The position numbers and the translations under genes were made by a program. From assembly GCA_035390665.1 (NCBI GenBank), contig DAOOUC010000004.1, forward strand, positions 46,702 to 78,701: a stretch of 32,000 nt of DNA, read 5' to 3'. Numbering within the stretch: position 1 is the stretch's first letter; each line of letters opens with the position of its first letter. This document shows, one piece after another, positions 17,611-26,673 of the stretch. The notes beneath the pieces are model-generated. The model made no database searches, was not told the origin of the DNA, and worked only from the letters and a program-made list of their open reading frames with translations. Origin of the DNA: an archaeon. Its GTDB lineage: Archaea > Iainarchaeota > Iainarchaeia > Iainarchaeales > CSSED10-239.

Positions 17611-18426
17611 ATGATTAAAGACCTATACACCCTAATGCTAAAATATAATTTTAAACCAAGTCATAAGCTTGATCAAAATTTTATTATTGACGATAATACA
17701 ATTCTACGAGTTGTTAAAGAACTTGAATTGAAAAAAACAGATGTTGTTCTTGAAGTTGGACCAGGTACTGGTTTTCTTACTAAAAAACTTTTAGAAGACT
17801 GTAAGCAAGTTATTGCAATAGAAAAAGACAAAAAAATGATTTATATTTTAGAACAAGAATTTGCAACAGAAATAAAAAATAAAAAACTTATTTTGATTAC
17901 TTCTGATTTTTTAACAATTGATTTAAGTAAATACAATTATACAAAACTTGCAACATTTCTACCATATTCAATTTCACAGGAATTTATTGAAAAAATTCTT
18001 GGAGAAAAAAAATTAATGGTTGGAGTTGTTCAAAAAGAATTTGCAGAAAAGCTTGTTTCTTTTCCAGGGTTTATTAACTATAATGCAGTTTCTGCACTTT
18101 CTCAAAGCTATTTCGAAGTAACAACAGTTAAAAACATAAGTAAAAAATGCTTCTTTCCTGTTCCATCTTGTGAGTCTGCAATTATTAAATTAAAACCAAA
18201 CAAAAAAGAGATGGATGAGAGATATAATTTGTTTGTAAAAAATTTATTTAGATATCCAAATAAAGACATTAGTAATGCTTTAAACCTTGTTTCTAGAGAT
18301 CAAAAGAATAGAGAAATTTCAGAAAATTCAAAAAATCTAAAATCAGAAATACTTGACAAAAAAGTAAGACAAATAGAAATTAAAGAACTTGAAAAAATCT
18401 ATTCTGTTGTTTATTCTATTGTATAA
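17611..18426 (+). CDS. rsmA: rRNA adenine N6,N6-dimethyltransferase (RsmA/KsgA/Dim1 family)
   Basis: KLDQNFIIDDNTI, SAM motif LEVGPGTGFLTKKL, LPYSIS, FPVPSCESAIIKL. Motif IV is FLPY instead of NLPY. Confidence 0.9.
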   Translation: MIKDLYTLMLKYNFKPSHKLDQNFIIDDNTILRVVKELELKKTDVVLEVGPGTGFLTKKLLEDCKQVIAIEKDKKMIYILEQEFATEIKNKKLILITSDFLTIDLSKYNYTKLATFLPYSISQEFIEKILGEKKLMVGVVQKEFAEKLVSFPGFINYNAVSALSQSYFEVTTVKNISKKCFFPVPSCESAIIKLKPNKKEMDERYNLFVKNLFRYPNKDISNALNLVSRDQKNREISENSKNLKSEILDKKVRQIEIKELEKIYSVVYSIV

Positions 18427-21400
18427 AATGTTTCTGGACTACTTTGATTATTATATTCTGTTTCTATCCAATCTTCTGACAAATTTGTGTTTGAGACTCT
18501 TACATCATCAAATATACCTGAATGATAAACTGTTGCATAACCTGAACTTGCACCAGCACACGCACCAATCCAAAATTGTTGTGAATTCATAGAAAGATTA
18601 GCATTTAAACTTCCTTCATAAATATTATCTACATATAATTTTATTGAAGAACCATCATAAATTGCAACAATATAATGCCAAGCGTTATCATTAATTTTCT
18701 TGGTTGTAGATAAATAAGTTAGATCTGTTCCGCTAAGAAGTCCAGATAACATTCCGATATAGCCGTTGTTTGAGATTATTGCAAAATCATTAGATCCTGT
18801 TCCTGATGTTGTTTGACCAAATAATGTAGGACGTTGCCAATAGGTTGTACTTGATTTACTTTCTGTTGTTTTTACCCATAAAGACATCGTAAATCTATTT
18901 ATTCCAGATGTTGTTACCGATGGAATTGAAATATAATTATTAGTTCCATTAATTGTGGCCGCACCATCTATTGTGCCCGTTCCAATCTGTGGTGCTGAAG
19001 AAGATAAAGATCCGTTGTTTAAAAATTGAGTTGAATCTTGAACATTTAATGTCCCTGAACTATTTTTTAAATGCCAAATCCCTTTATAATTGCTATTCCA
19101 TACATTTGCATCATTAGATTCAGAAATACCTGTTCCTCCAAAATGCATATATATTTCCGTGTCTGTTGTTGATGATAATTCTGGAATTTTTACCCACGCC
19201 ACAAGTTCTCCTGTTTCTGAATTATAACTTTCAATCTCTCTTTTTAATTTTATTCTATCAGATGAAACAAAATAAATATCTGATGTATCACTTTGGGCAT
19301 ATGAAAGTAAATCAGAATCTGTAACTTTAATTAAAACAGGGAAATTAGATAAAGTTGCTGCAACTTTTGTGTGATCAAACAATATAGCTTTACTATATCC
19401 ATCGCCTATATTTACTATTATATTGTCTGTTTTTGTTTCTAATTGATCTGTAACTGTAAAAGTAATTATATGCGATCCTAAACTTAAATCTACATTAATT
19501 TCTTCACAATCAACTCCCAAATTGCCATCAATATCTGAATTCCATAAACAACTATATTCTCCATTATTATTTAATACTGTACTGGTTAATTTTAAATTTT
19601 GATAATATTGGAAAGAATCAGTAATTGGGCTAGTTATTTCTGGCTTTAATCCAATTGTATAAAATGTTTCTGGACTACTTTGATTGTTATATTCTGTTTC
19701 TATCCAATCTTCTGAACGATTTATATTTGATACTCTTACATCATCAAATATACCTGAATGATAAACTGTTGCATAACCGGAACTTGCACCTGCACATGCA
19801 CCAATCCAAAATGATTCTGAATTCATTGATGAATTTGAATTTAAACTTCCTTCATAAATATTATCTACATATAACTTTATTGAAGAACCATCATAAATTG
19901 CAACTACATAATGCCAAGAATTATCATTTATTCGTGTATTAGAAGACAAATAATTTAAATCTGAACTATAAAGTCCAGAAAGCATTCCAATGTAACCATT
20001 ATTTGTTATTATTGCAAAATCATTTGTGCCTAATCCGTCTGTTGTTTGACCAAATAATGTAGGGCGTTGCCAATAGGTTGTACTTGATTTACTTTCTGTT
20101 GTTTTTACCCATAAAGACATCGTAAATCTATTTATTCCAGATGTTGCTACCGATGGAATTGAAATATAATTATTAGTTCCATTAATTGTGGCCGCACCAT
20201 CCATTATGCCTGTTCCAATCTGTGGTGCTGAAGAGGATAAAGAACCGTGATTTACAAATTGAGTTGAATCTTGAGTATTTAATATCCCTGAACTATTTCT
20301 TAAATGCCAAACACCCGTATAGTTATTATCCCAAACTGTTAAATCATTCGGATCATTTACATCTGGATTTCCAAAATGCATATATATTTGTGTGTCTGTT
20401 GTTGAAGATAATTCTGGAACATTTACCCATGCGACCAATTTTCCTGTCTCGGAATTATAACTTTCTATTTCTCTTTTTAATTTCGTTCCTTCTGAAGATA
20501 AAAAATAAATATCGGAAGCATCATTTTGTGCAAATTCAAGTAAATCAGAATCTGTAACTTTAATTAAAACAGGGAAATTAGAAAGATTTGCTGCAACTTT
20601 TGTGTGATCAAATAATATGGCTTTATTATATTCTTCAATCACAGTTATATAAATTTGACTTGTTTGTGTTTCTAAATCATCAGTTACTTCAAATGTTATT
20701 GTGTGCTCACCAACATTTAAATCACTTATATCTAATTCGCAATCGTTTCCAAAAATTCCGTCGATATTAGATTCCCAAGAACAACTATAATTTCCGTAAT
20801 TATAATCTATAGAACCAATAAAAGAAATATTAAATCCCTTACTTGTTGTTATTTCTGATTCAGGAGATAATATTGATACCGCAAGATGTTGTTTAACAAG
20901 CACACTTAGGTTATAAGTTTCTGTTTCTGTTCCGTAATTAACAGTAAGTGTTATTTCGTGAGAACCAATATTTAAATCAGAGATATTAAAATCACAAGCG
21001 TCTCCGATATTTCCATTAATATCTGATTCCCAAGAACAACTGATTTCTTGCCCATTAGAAAATTTAAAATTTATATCCTCTTCTAAGAAAAACACAGAGT
21101 TGTCAGCAGGTAAAATTATTATTTCTGTTTCGACAATATTTCCTGCATTAAAATAATTTATATTCCTTAATAATATGAATTTATTGTCTGCTGTTTCTAA
21201 TTGAATATCTATTCGATTATCTGATATGTTTAGGGTTTCAAAATCAGTTAAATCTAAAATATTTAATCCTTCTTTTAATAGATATTCGGTATTTAGAGTT
21301 ATTGTTTGCGTTTCTGAATTTTTTTCTAATATTTTATATTTTATTATTCTTATATTATTAAAATTTGAATTGTCAGGAGGATAGAAATTAAATTGTAATA

Positions 21401-21596
21401 CCCCATTATTAAAATTTTTAGTAGATATAAAAAAACTAGCATCAGAAGATTTTAATTCTCCAAAATCATTAGCTTTATCTAAACTTTTATTTGTTGTGTC
21501 TTTTCCAAAAGACATAATCAAGGTTACAATTATAACTGCAACTACAATTAATAATATACTTGAAATTAATGGCTCTAATGCTTTTCGTTTAGTCAT
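18411..21596 (-). CDS. Large pilin-like / surface protein: N-terminal type IV pilin-like segment, Ig-like repeats, and two DUF2341 + LamG (concanavalin-like) modules
   Basis: 1061 aa. N-terminus MTKRKALEPLISSILLIVVAVIIVTLIMSFG. Three SCxWxSDIDGxxGxxC...DLxxGxHxIT Ig-like units. Two near-identical KAILFDHTKVAAxLSNFPVLIKV...YISIPSVxTSGINRFTMSLWVKTTE...FDDVRVSN modules. Confidence 0.85.
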   Translation of the reverse strand: MTKRKALEPLISSILLIVVAVIIVTLIMSFGKDTTNKSLDKANDFGELKSSDASFFISTKNFNNGVLQFNFYPPDNSNFNNIRIIKYKILEKNSETQTITLNTEYLLKEGLNILDLTDFETLNISDNRIDIQLETADNKFILLRNINYFNAGNIVETEIIILPADNSVFFLEEDINFKFSNGQEISCSWESDINGNIGDACDFNISDLNIGSHEITLTVNYGTETETYNLSVLVKQHLAVSILSPESEITTSKGFNISFIGSIDYNYGNYSCSWESNIDGIFGNDCELDISDLNVGEHTITFEVTDDLETQTSQIYITVIEEYNKAILFDHTKVAANLSNFPVLIKVTDSDLLEFAQNDASDIYFLSSEGTKLKREIESYNSETGKLVAWVNVPELSSTTDTQIYMHFGNPDVNDPNDLTVWDNNYTGVWHLRNSSGILNTQDSTQFVNHGSLSSSAPQIGTGIMDGAATINGTNNYISIPSVATSGINRFTMSLWVKTTESKSSTTYWQRPTLFGQTTDGLGTNDFAIITNNGYIGMLSGLYSSDLNYLSSNTRINDNSWHYVVAIYDGSSIKLYVDNIYEGSLNSNSSMNSESFWIGACAGASSGYATVYHSGIFDDVRVSNINRSEDWIETEYNNQSSPETFYTIGLKPEITSPITDSFQYYQNLKLTSTVLNNNGEYSCLWNSDIDGNLGVDCEEINVDLSLGSHIITFTVTDQLETKTDNIIVNIGDGYSKAILFDHTKVAATLSNFPVLIKVTDSDLLSYAQSDTSDIYFVSSDRIKLKREIESYNSETGELVAWVKIPELSSTTDTEIYMHFGGTGISESNDANVWNSNYKGIWHLKNSSGTLNVQDSTQFLNNGSLSSSAPQIGTGTIDGAATINGTNNYISIPSVTTSGINRFTMSLWVKTTESKSSTTYWQRPTLFGQTTSGTGSNDFAIISNNGYIGMLSGLLSGTDLTYLSTTKKINDNAWHYIVAIYDGSSIKLYVDNIYEGSLNANLSMNSQQFWIGACAGASSGYATVYHSGIFDDVRVSNTNLSEDWIETEYNNQSSPETFYTIE
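18421..20640 (-). repeat. Intragenic tandem duplication, about 1.0 kb homologous units with a 1233-1236 nt period
   Basis: The block starting at 18421 (gtataaaatgtttctggactact...) recurs at 19657 (offset 1236). The KAILFDH-encoding end recurs at offset 1233. Long DNA blocks are identical between copies, e.g. around tgtttgaccaaataatgtagg.cgttgccaa. Confidence 0.9.
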
Positions 21597-21647
21597 AATT
21601 TCTCAATTAAAAATATTTGTGATATTTAAAAATAAAAAAGAAATGAA

Positions 21648-23165
21648 CTAATTCATTTCTTCTAATATTATTTTTTCAACCTTTACTGTTTCTTCTAAAA
21701 TAGATTTTGAAAGATCTGTTGCAATCTTTAGTTTTTCTTTACTGTTTGCATATATTGTAAAGATTACTTCTCCTTCTTTAATTTTATCTCCTGCTTCTTT
21801 TGCTAAGATTAATCCCGCAAATGAATCACTTGGAGCACCAGAGGTTCTTGCAATCTTTGTTAAATTAGAAACATTTAGGCCTACAATTTTTCCAGAATCG
21901 ACTGCTTTAATTTCTTCTTTAAATTCAGCAAATGGAATTTTATCTGATTCAAATATTCTTCCATTTTGTGCTTTTAAAATTTCTTTAAATTTAGTTAAAG
22001 CTTTTCCTGATTGTAGTGTTTCTTTTGCTAAATCGTAACCTTTGCCCTCTTCAGTTCTTCCTACAAGCTCTAAAAGACTTCCTGATATCTCGCAGGCTTT
22101 TTCTGCTAGCCCATCAAAATATTTTCCTTCTAATACTTCTAAAGCCCCTCTTGCCTCAAGAGCAGCACCAAAGTATTTTCCACAAGGTAATGCCCCATTT
22201 GTTAAAACAACTTTTGTTTTAATTCCAATATCTTTACTAATTTTTATAAATTTACTTGCCCATCTTTCTCCATCTTCTTTGTTGTGTACTTTAACTGTTG
22301 GGCCAACAGGAATATCAATTATTAAGTGAGATGCAGAAACGCTTTTTTTCTTAGAAAGAACAGAAGCAATTACTAGGCCTTCTGGGTCTAACCCTAAACC
22401 GTGTCTAATCTTAATCATCTTGTCATCAGCTGGGCAAAGATCAACTTTTCCATTCCAAGCAACCATTCCTCCGTGTTCCTGAACCATTTTCTTAATGTCT
22501 TTTACATCAAAAGAAACATCAGCTAATACTTCCATACAATCTGCTGTTCCTGCTGCTGAACTTATTGAACGAGAAGCGGTCTTTGGCATATAATACCCTA
22601 GAGATGCTATTATTGGAGTAACAATCATTGATACTCTTCCATTTATTCCACCAATGGAGTGTTTATCAAGAATCTCTGCTCTATTAAAATCAATAATGTT
22701 TCCTGTTTGTGTCATTGCCTTACATACACTTGTAGTTTCATCTAGATTAAGGCCATTAATTGTTACTGCTGTCAAAAATGCAGAAATATCAATGTCTGAT
22801 AATCTATTATCAACAATGTCATTAATTATTTGAGTTAATTGTTTTTCATCTAGTGGTTTATTTCTAATTTTATCAACAATAAAATGAATAGATTCAGGAT
22901 TTGGGAGTAATGCCACTTCGACAAGATCTCCTGTTTTTAATTTTATTGCACCGGTTCTATCTTTATATAACCCTATTGTGTTTTCATCAACAAAGTTTTC
23001 TGTAATATCAACAATAAAGTTTTCTTCAATGTTTTTTAGTTTAACTGAAACTCTATTCTGTGTGTTTACTAACAAATCTTTTGCAGTTTTACTATTAAGT
23101 AAAGCAACTTTTTTATCTGCATCAATATCTAATATTTTTACTGTTAATTTCTTTATATAAACCAT
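21648..23165 (-). CDS. deoA: AMP phosphorylase / thymidine phosphorylase family (archaeal)
   Basis: Archaeal N-terminal extension followed by DKHSIGGINGRVSMIVTPIIASLG, SRSISSAAGTADCMEVLADVSF, GGMVAWNGKVDLCPADDKMIKIRHGLGLDPEGLVIASVLSKK. Confidence 0.93.
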   Translation of the reverse strand: MVYIKKLTVKILDIDADKKVALLNSKTAKDLLVNTQNRVSVKLKNIEENFIVDITENFVDENTIGLYKDRTGAIKLKTGDLVEVALLPNPESIHFIVDKIRNKPLDEKQLTQIINDIVDNRLSDIDISAFLTAVTINGLNLDETTSVCKAMTQTGNIIDFNRAEILDKHSIGGINGRVSMIVTPIIASLGYYMPKTASRSISSAAGTADCMEVLADVSFDVKDIKKMVQEHGGMVAWNGKVDLCPADDKMIKIRHGLGLDPEGLVIASVLSKKKSVSASHLIIDIPVGPTVKVHNKEDGERWASKFIKISKDIGIKTKVVLTNGALPCGKYFGAALEARGALEVLEGKYFDGLAEKACEISGSLLELVGRTEEGKGYDLAKETLQSGKALTKFKEILKAQNGRIFESDKIPFAEFKEEIKAVDSGKIVGLNVSNLTKIARTSGAPSDSFAGLILAKEAGDKIKEGEVIFTIYANSKEKLKIATDLSKSILEETVKVEKIILEEMN

Positions 23166-23180
23166 AATCTTTTCTCTCCT

Positions 23181-23489
23181 CTATTTAACTGAATCCACAA
23201 ATGCCTTTAACATTGGTTTTGGAAGGGCTCCTGTTTTTTGTGCTACTGGCTTACCTTCTTTAAAAATTATTATTGTTGGTATTGACATGACATTATATTT
23301 TCCGGAAATTGCGGGTGCTTGATCAACATTAACTTTTGCACAAAGCACATCTGTATTTTCTTTTGAAAACTCTTCAAAGGTTCCAGCAAACATTCTACAA
23401 GGACCACACCATTCTGCCCAGAAATCCACTACTACAATTTTATTTTTTTTAATTGTTTCTTCAAAGTCTTTATCTGTTAGTTGTAACAT
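23181..23489 (-). CDS. trxA: Thioredoxin
   Basis: VVDFWAEWCGPCRMFAG active site; YNVMSIPTIIIFKEG. Confidence 0.95.
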   Translation of the reverse strand: MLQLTDKDFEETIKKNKIVVVDFWAEWCGPCRMFAGTFEEFSKENTDVLCAKVNVDQAPAISGKYNVMSIPTIIIFKEGKPVAQKTGALPKPMLKAFVDSVK

Positions 23490-23505
23490 ATTTTTTCCCC
23501 CTATT

Positions 23506-24315
23506 TTATATTAAAGCAATTAAGATATAGGCAATACCTAGAATAAAACAAAAATAAGAAAAGTCTAATTTTTGCGCAATCTTCATAAGTATGCCGATTG
23601 TAATGTACCCAAAAATAAATGCAAACAATATTGAAACTAAAATTAATGGATTAAATGAAAATCCTGTAAGTAATAATATTCCAAGTTCTGCAATAAGTAT
23701 TGTTGGAATTGAAATTAAAAAACTATACTTAAAAGCGTTTGTTGGATTAAATCCTTGAAATAACATGGTGCTTGTAGTTATTCCTGATCTACTAATTCCT
23801 GGAATTGCAGAAAACCCTTGAGCGATACCAATAAAAAAAGCATTGCTTGCTTTTAGGTTTGGAATTAATTTTTCTGCTTGTTTGATTTTTATTTGCATAA
23901 CTCCTGTTAGAATCAATAATACTCCAATTGCAATTGTTAGAGTTGTTATTTGAAAAGCAGTTATGCTATTTCTTAATAAAAAATAAATTGGAGTTCCAAT
24001 TAATACTGTGAAAAATACAGAAATTATAATAAATCGTGAGGAACTTGTAGCATAATCAAACTTTATATTTTTCTTGAAATTAAAAAGGTCTTTTATTTTT
24101 GTTTTTGAAAATATATCTTTAATCTCATCAAAGAAATAAACAAATGCAGCCAAGAGGGTTCCAAAATGTAAAAATATTGACATATCTAAAGCATTTTGTG
24201 CAGATACTTTAAAAAAATTAGTTAAAACAACAACTGAAATCCCTTGAGAGCTTATTGGAAGCCATTCAAAAATTCCTTGTAATATTCCAATTACTATAAA
24301 TTCTATAATTTCCAT
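23506..24315 (-). CDS. uppP: Undecaprenyl-diphosphatase-like (UppP/BacA)
   Basis: GILQGIFEWLPISSQG and GIAQGFSAIPGISRSGIT signatures. Confidence 0.93.
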   Translation of the reverse strand: MEIIEFIVIGILQGIFEWLPISSQGISVVVLTNFFKVSAQNALDMSIFLHFGTLLAAFVYFFDEIKDIFSKTKIKDLFNFKKNIKFDYATSSSRFIIISVFFTVLIGTPIYFLLRNSITAFQITTLTIAIGVLLILTGVMQIKIKQAEKLIPNLKASNAFFIGIAQGFSAIPGISRSGITTSTMLFQGFNPTNAFKYSFLISIPTILIAELGILLLTGFSFNPLILVSILFAFIFGYITIGILMKIAQKLDFSYFCFILGIAYILIALI

Positions 24316-24402
24316 GTCTTTTCACTTAAATAATGTTATCCAAAACTATTATAAATAGTTAAATATAATATATATTTATTAAAACATTTAAAAAAAGATA
24401 GC

Positions 24403-24846
24403 ATGAATAAAATAAATCACATATTATTTGCAAGTTTGTTATTTATTGTATTCTATTTCTTTTTTGTAGATATATTATCAATAACTGGGCCAAACATGTT
24501 TTTGGCTTTTGTTTTCTGTGTGCTTTATTCTTTGATACCTGATTTAGATCTTAAAAGTTCTTGGATTAAGGGGCAATTTAATATTATTGTGCTTTATGCT
24601 ATTGTAATACTTGGAATAATATATTTGTTTGTTTCTCCAAATTTTACTTACCTTTTAATTATTGGAGTTTTAGTTTTAATTGAAATATTTTTACTACTTG
24701 TAAAACATAGGGATATCTTACACACTCCTTTAGTAGGAGTACTTTTTGCAATCCCTTTATTATTTGTTGATTATCCAAATATTGTTTATTTCTTAGCAGG
24801 TAGTATTGGAATACTATCCCATTGGCTACTTGATAAAATTAGTTAA
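24403..24846 (+). CDS. Membrane-bound YdjM/DUF457-like metal-dependent hydrolase family protein
   Basis: MNKINHILFASLL...LYSLIPDLDLKSSWIKG...KHRDILHTPLVG...SHWLLDKIS places D and H residues as in this family. Confidence 0.7.
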   Translation: MNKINHILFASLLFIVFYFFFVDILSITGPNMFLAFVFCVLYSLIPDLDLKSSWIKGQFNIIVLYAIVILGIIYLFVSPNFTYLLIIGVLVLIEIFLLLVKHRDILHTPLVGVLFAIPLLFVDYPNIVYFLAGSIGILSHWLLDKIS

Positions 24847-25788
24847 TTATTTTTTTGCAAAAATAATTAAAATAATCAAAATTATAAAAATTGCAAGCAA
24901 AACATGTGTTTTTGAGTCGTCCATTTTAAATAAAGAACTATTAATTTTTGGAAGACTTAAAAAACCTGTAATGTTATTTTCTTCTGGCTGAACTGATGTT
25001 TGTAAAATTTCTTTTTGAGTTTCTTCTTTTGGAGTATATCTTATCTTTATTTCTTTAATGTCTATTGTCTCATAACCATCTTGTAATTTACAATTTAAGA
25101 AATAATCATTAGCTTCTATTGATTTATTTTTATCAATTGAGAGATTGATGTCTATTTTTTGAGAATTTATATAATTATAGTTAACAACTATTGCTGGATT
25201 ACTGGTAATACAATCTAAAGAATAAGTATTTCCTTCTTCTTTATTTACATAAATAGAAATTAAATCACTATCTTTCTTTCCATTAATTACAGCAATTGAT
25301 CTTGAAAGATTATAACCTAAGATTCTTGGTCTTGTGTGGTTAATTGTATAGTTATAATATTCTTCCGAATTGTTTGGAATTATTGTAATATATTTCTGTG
25401 TTGTTTTTATTTTATTATTATATTTATCTAAAATTTCTACTTTTAATTGTAAGGTTTTATTCTCTGTTAAGGTTTTGGTGTTAACATATATTTTTTCTTT
25501 AGTGTCTAAATTATTATAGAAATAAAACTCTTGTGTTGAAACTAATGCACTTATTTCTGAATCATTTGGAAAAATACTTACAGAAATATTTACTTTTCCT
25601 TCTTTTAATTCTTCTGATAAGAACTTAATTCTAAAGTCTATTTCTTTTGTGCTATTATTTGAAACATAGAAGGTACTTGGTTTGTCTTGAGAAGATTGTA
25701 TATTAACATTTAAACTATCTGCAAAAATAAACGGAAAGATAAATACACCAAATATTAAAAATACCAAAATTAGTTGTTTTTTATTCAT
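24847..25788 (-). CDS. Exported protein with beta-sandwich repeats and C-terminal TM anchor, unknown function
   Basis: Signal peptide MNKKQLILVFLIFGVFIFPFIFADS; C-terminal HVLLAIFIILIILIIFAKK. The stop lies immediately beside the convergent upstream gene's stop. Confidence 0.7.
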   Translation of the reverse strand: MNKKQLILVFLIFGVFIFPFIFADSLNVNIQSSQDKPSTFYVSNNSTKEIDFRIKFLSEELKEGKVNISVSIFPNDSEISALVSTQEFYFYNNLDTKEKIYVNTKTLTENKTLQLKVEILDKYNNKIKTTQKYITIIPNNSEEYYNYTINHTRPRILGYNLSRSIAVINGKKDSDLISIYVNKEEGNTYSLDCITSNPAIVVNYNYINSQKIDINLSIDKNKSIEANDYFLNCKLQDGYETIDIKEIKIRYTPKEETQKEILQTSVQPEENNITGFLSLPKINSSLFKMDDSKTHVLLAIFIILIILIIFAKK

Positions 25789-25909
25789 TAAATAATTATA
25801 GAGAGTTACTGCTTTTAAATATATTGTTTACAATAATTTTATTAAAAACTAACAAATTCACAAAAATATTAAAAGTTGTTTTTATTAATCTCTTAAAAAA
25901 TAAATATAT

Positions 25910-26398
25910 ATGATATTTGATATTGATGTAAGTGGGGAAGATATTTTAAGTGGAGACTATGCTGTTTGTATATCTGATAATAATCAAATAATAAAAGCAT
26001 TTAAGATGCATCCAAAAACCGTAAATCAAATAAATAAGAATTTTAATTTAGGTAAATACACAAAATATAAACCAACTCTTAAGAAAAAGAAAGATTTGAA
26101 AATTAGAATTTACTCTATAATTATCTATTATATATTTAAAGAATTAAACCTCAATTCCAATATAGAATTAAAAATATGTAGAGATTTTTATAATAGAGAA
26201 CAAGATATAATTTATAATCTGGAATATTTTTTAATTACAAAATTAAATTTAAGAATTAATAATATAGAATTTTGTAAATTAGAATCCAAATCTTTAGCAC
26301 ACAAATATTCTTATTTAATAAGAAAAAATCTTATAGATTCTAGAAAATATCTTATTAAAATTAGTTTAGAAGAAATTGAATTATTTTTATCTAAATAA
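25910..26398 (+). CDS. Hypothetical protein; N-terminus MIFDIDVSGEDILSGDYAV vaguely RNase H-like
   Basis: 162-aa ORF on the only coding strand for this interval. No clear family. Confidence 0.6.
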   Translation: MIFDIDVSGEDILSGDYAVCISDNNQIIKAFKMHPKTVNQINKNFNLGKYTKYKPTLKKKKDLKIRIYSIIIYYIFKELNLNSNIELKICRDFYNREQDIIYNLEYFLITKLNLRINNIEFCKLESKSLAHKYSYLIRKNLIDSRKYLIKISLEEIELFLSK

Positions 26399-26399
26399 T

Positions 26400-26482
26400 G
26401 TACCTGAGAGCACTACTGTGAGTGTCGCAACCCTAGTCTATCCCTTCAGATTTGACTGAACGAATTCGCTAGCAACAGGCAC
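26400..26482 (-). ncRNA. Candidate structured non-coding RNA (three-way-junction fold), family unassigned
   Basis: Minus-strand folding: P1 GUGCCUG (26482-26476) with CAGGUAC (26406-26400); P2 UUGC (26475-26472) with GCGA (26428-26425); long hairpin AUUCgUUCAG/CUGAAgGGAU (26465-26456 / 26449-26440); P3 CACU/AGUG (26424-26421 / 26414-26411). The G.U pairs 26480.26402, 26474.26426 and 26463.26442 would be A/C mismatches on the plus strand. A TTTAAATA-like TATA sits about 27 nt upstream. Confidence 0.6.
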
Positions 26483-26506
26483 ATATATATTATGGGTAAA
26501 GACATA

Positions 26507-26514
26507 TTTAAATG
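26507..26514 (-). promoter_or_regulatory. Putative TATA box for the candidate ncRNA
   Basis: The minus strand contains ...ACATTTAAATATG..., centred about 27 nt upstream of the P1 helix. Confidence 0.5.
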
Positions 26515-26673
26515 TTTTCTTTGATTTTTTTGTGAAATTGATAAATAGTTAATAAATATTTCAATATCACAAAAACTAAAAAAACATAACAAAAGAAAAG
26601 CTTTCGCAGATAACATCGAAATAAATTGCGCGCGAGCCAATTATAGTTTTTCTTTTGGGGGGAATGGGCTTTA

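Noticed and set aside
18421-20640. CRISPR-like or tandem satellite array
   Set aside because: The repeats are large coding modules in frame inside a surface protein gene. No short regularly spaced repeats were found anywhere in the window.
19655-20770. Plus-strand ORFs within the adhesin gene (19655..19942, 20186..20557, 20588..20770) and 18389..18592
   Set aside because: Antisense to a long repetitive reading frame. Paralogous ORFs (MYKMFLDYFDCY... and MKKSILLFILLYKMFLDYFDYY...) arise simply from the DNA duplication.
26400-26482. Interpretation of the structured segment as a tRNA
   Set aside because: Although a 7-bp terminal helix exists, there is no T-arm GGTTCRANYCC, no D-arm and no convincing anticodon arm on either strand.
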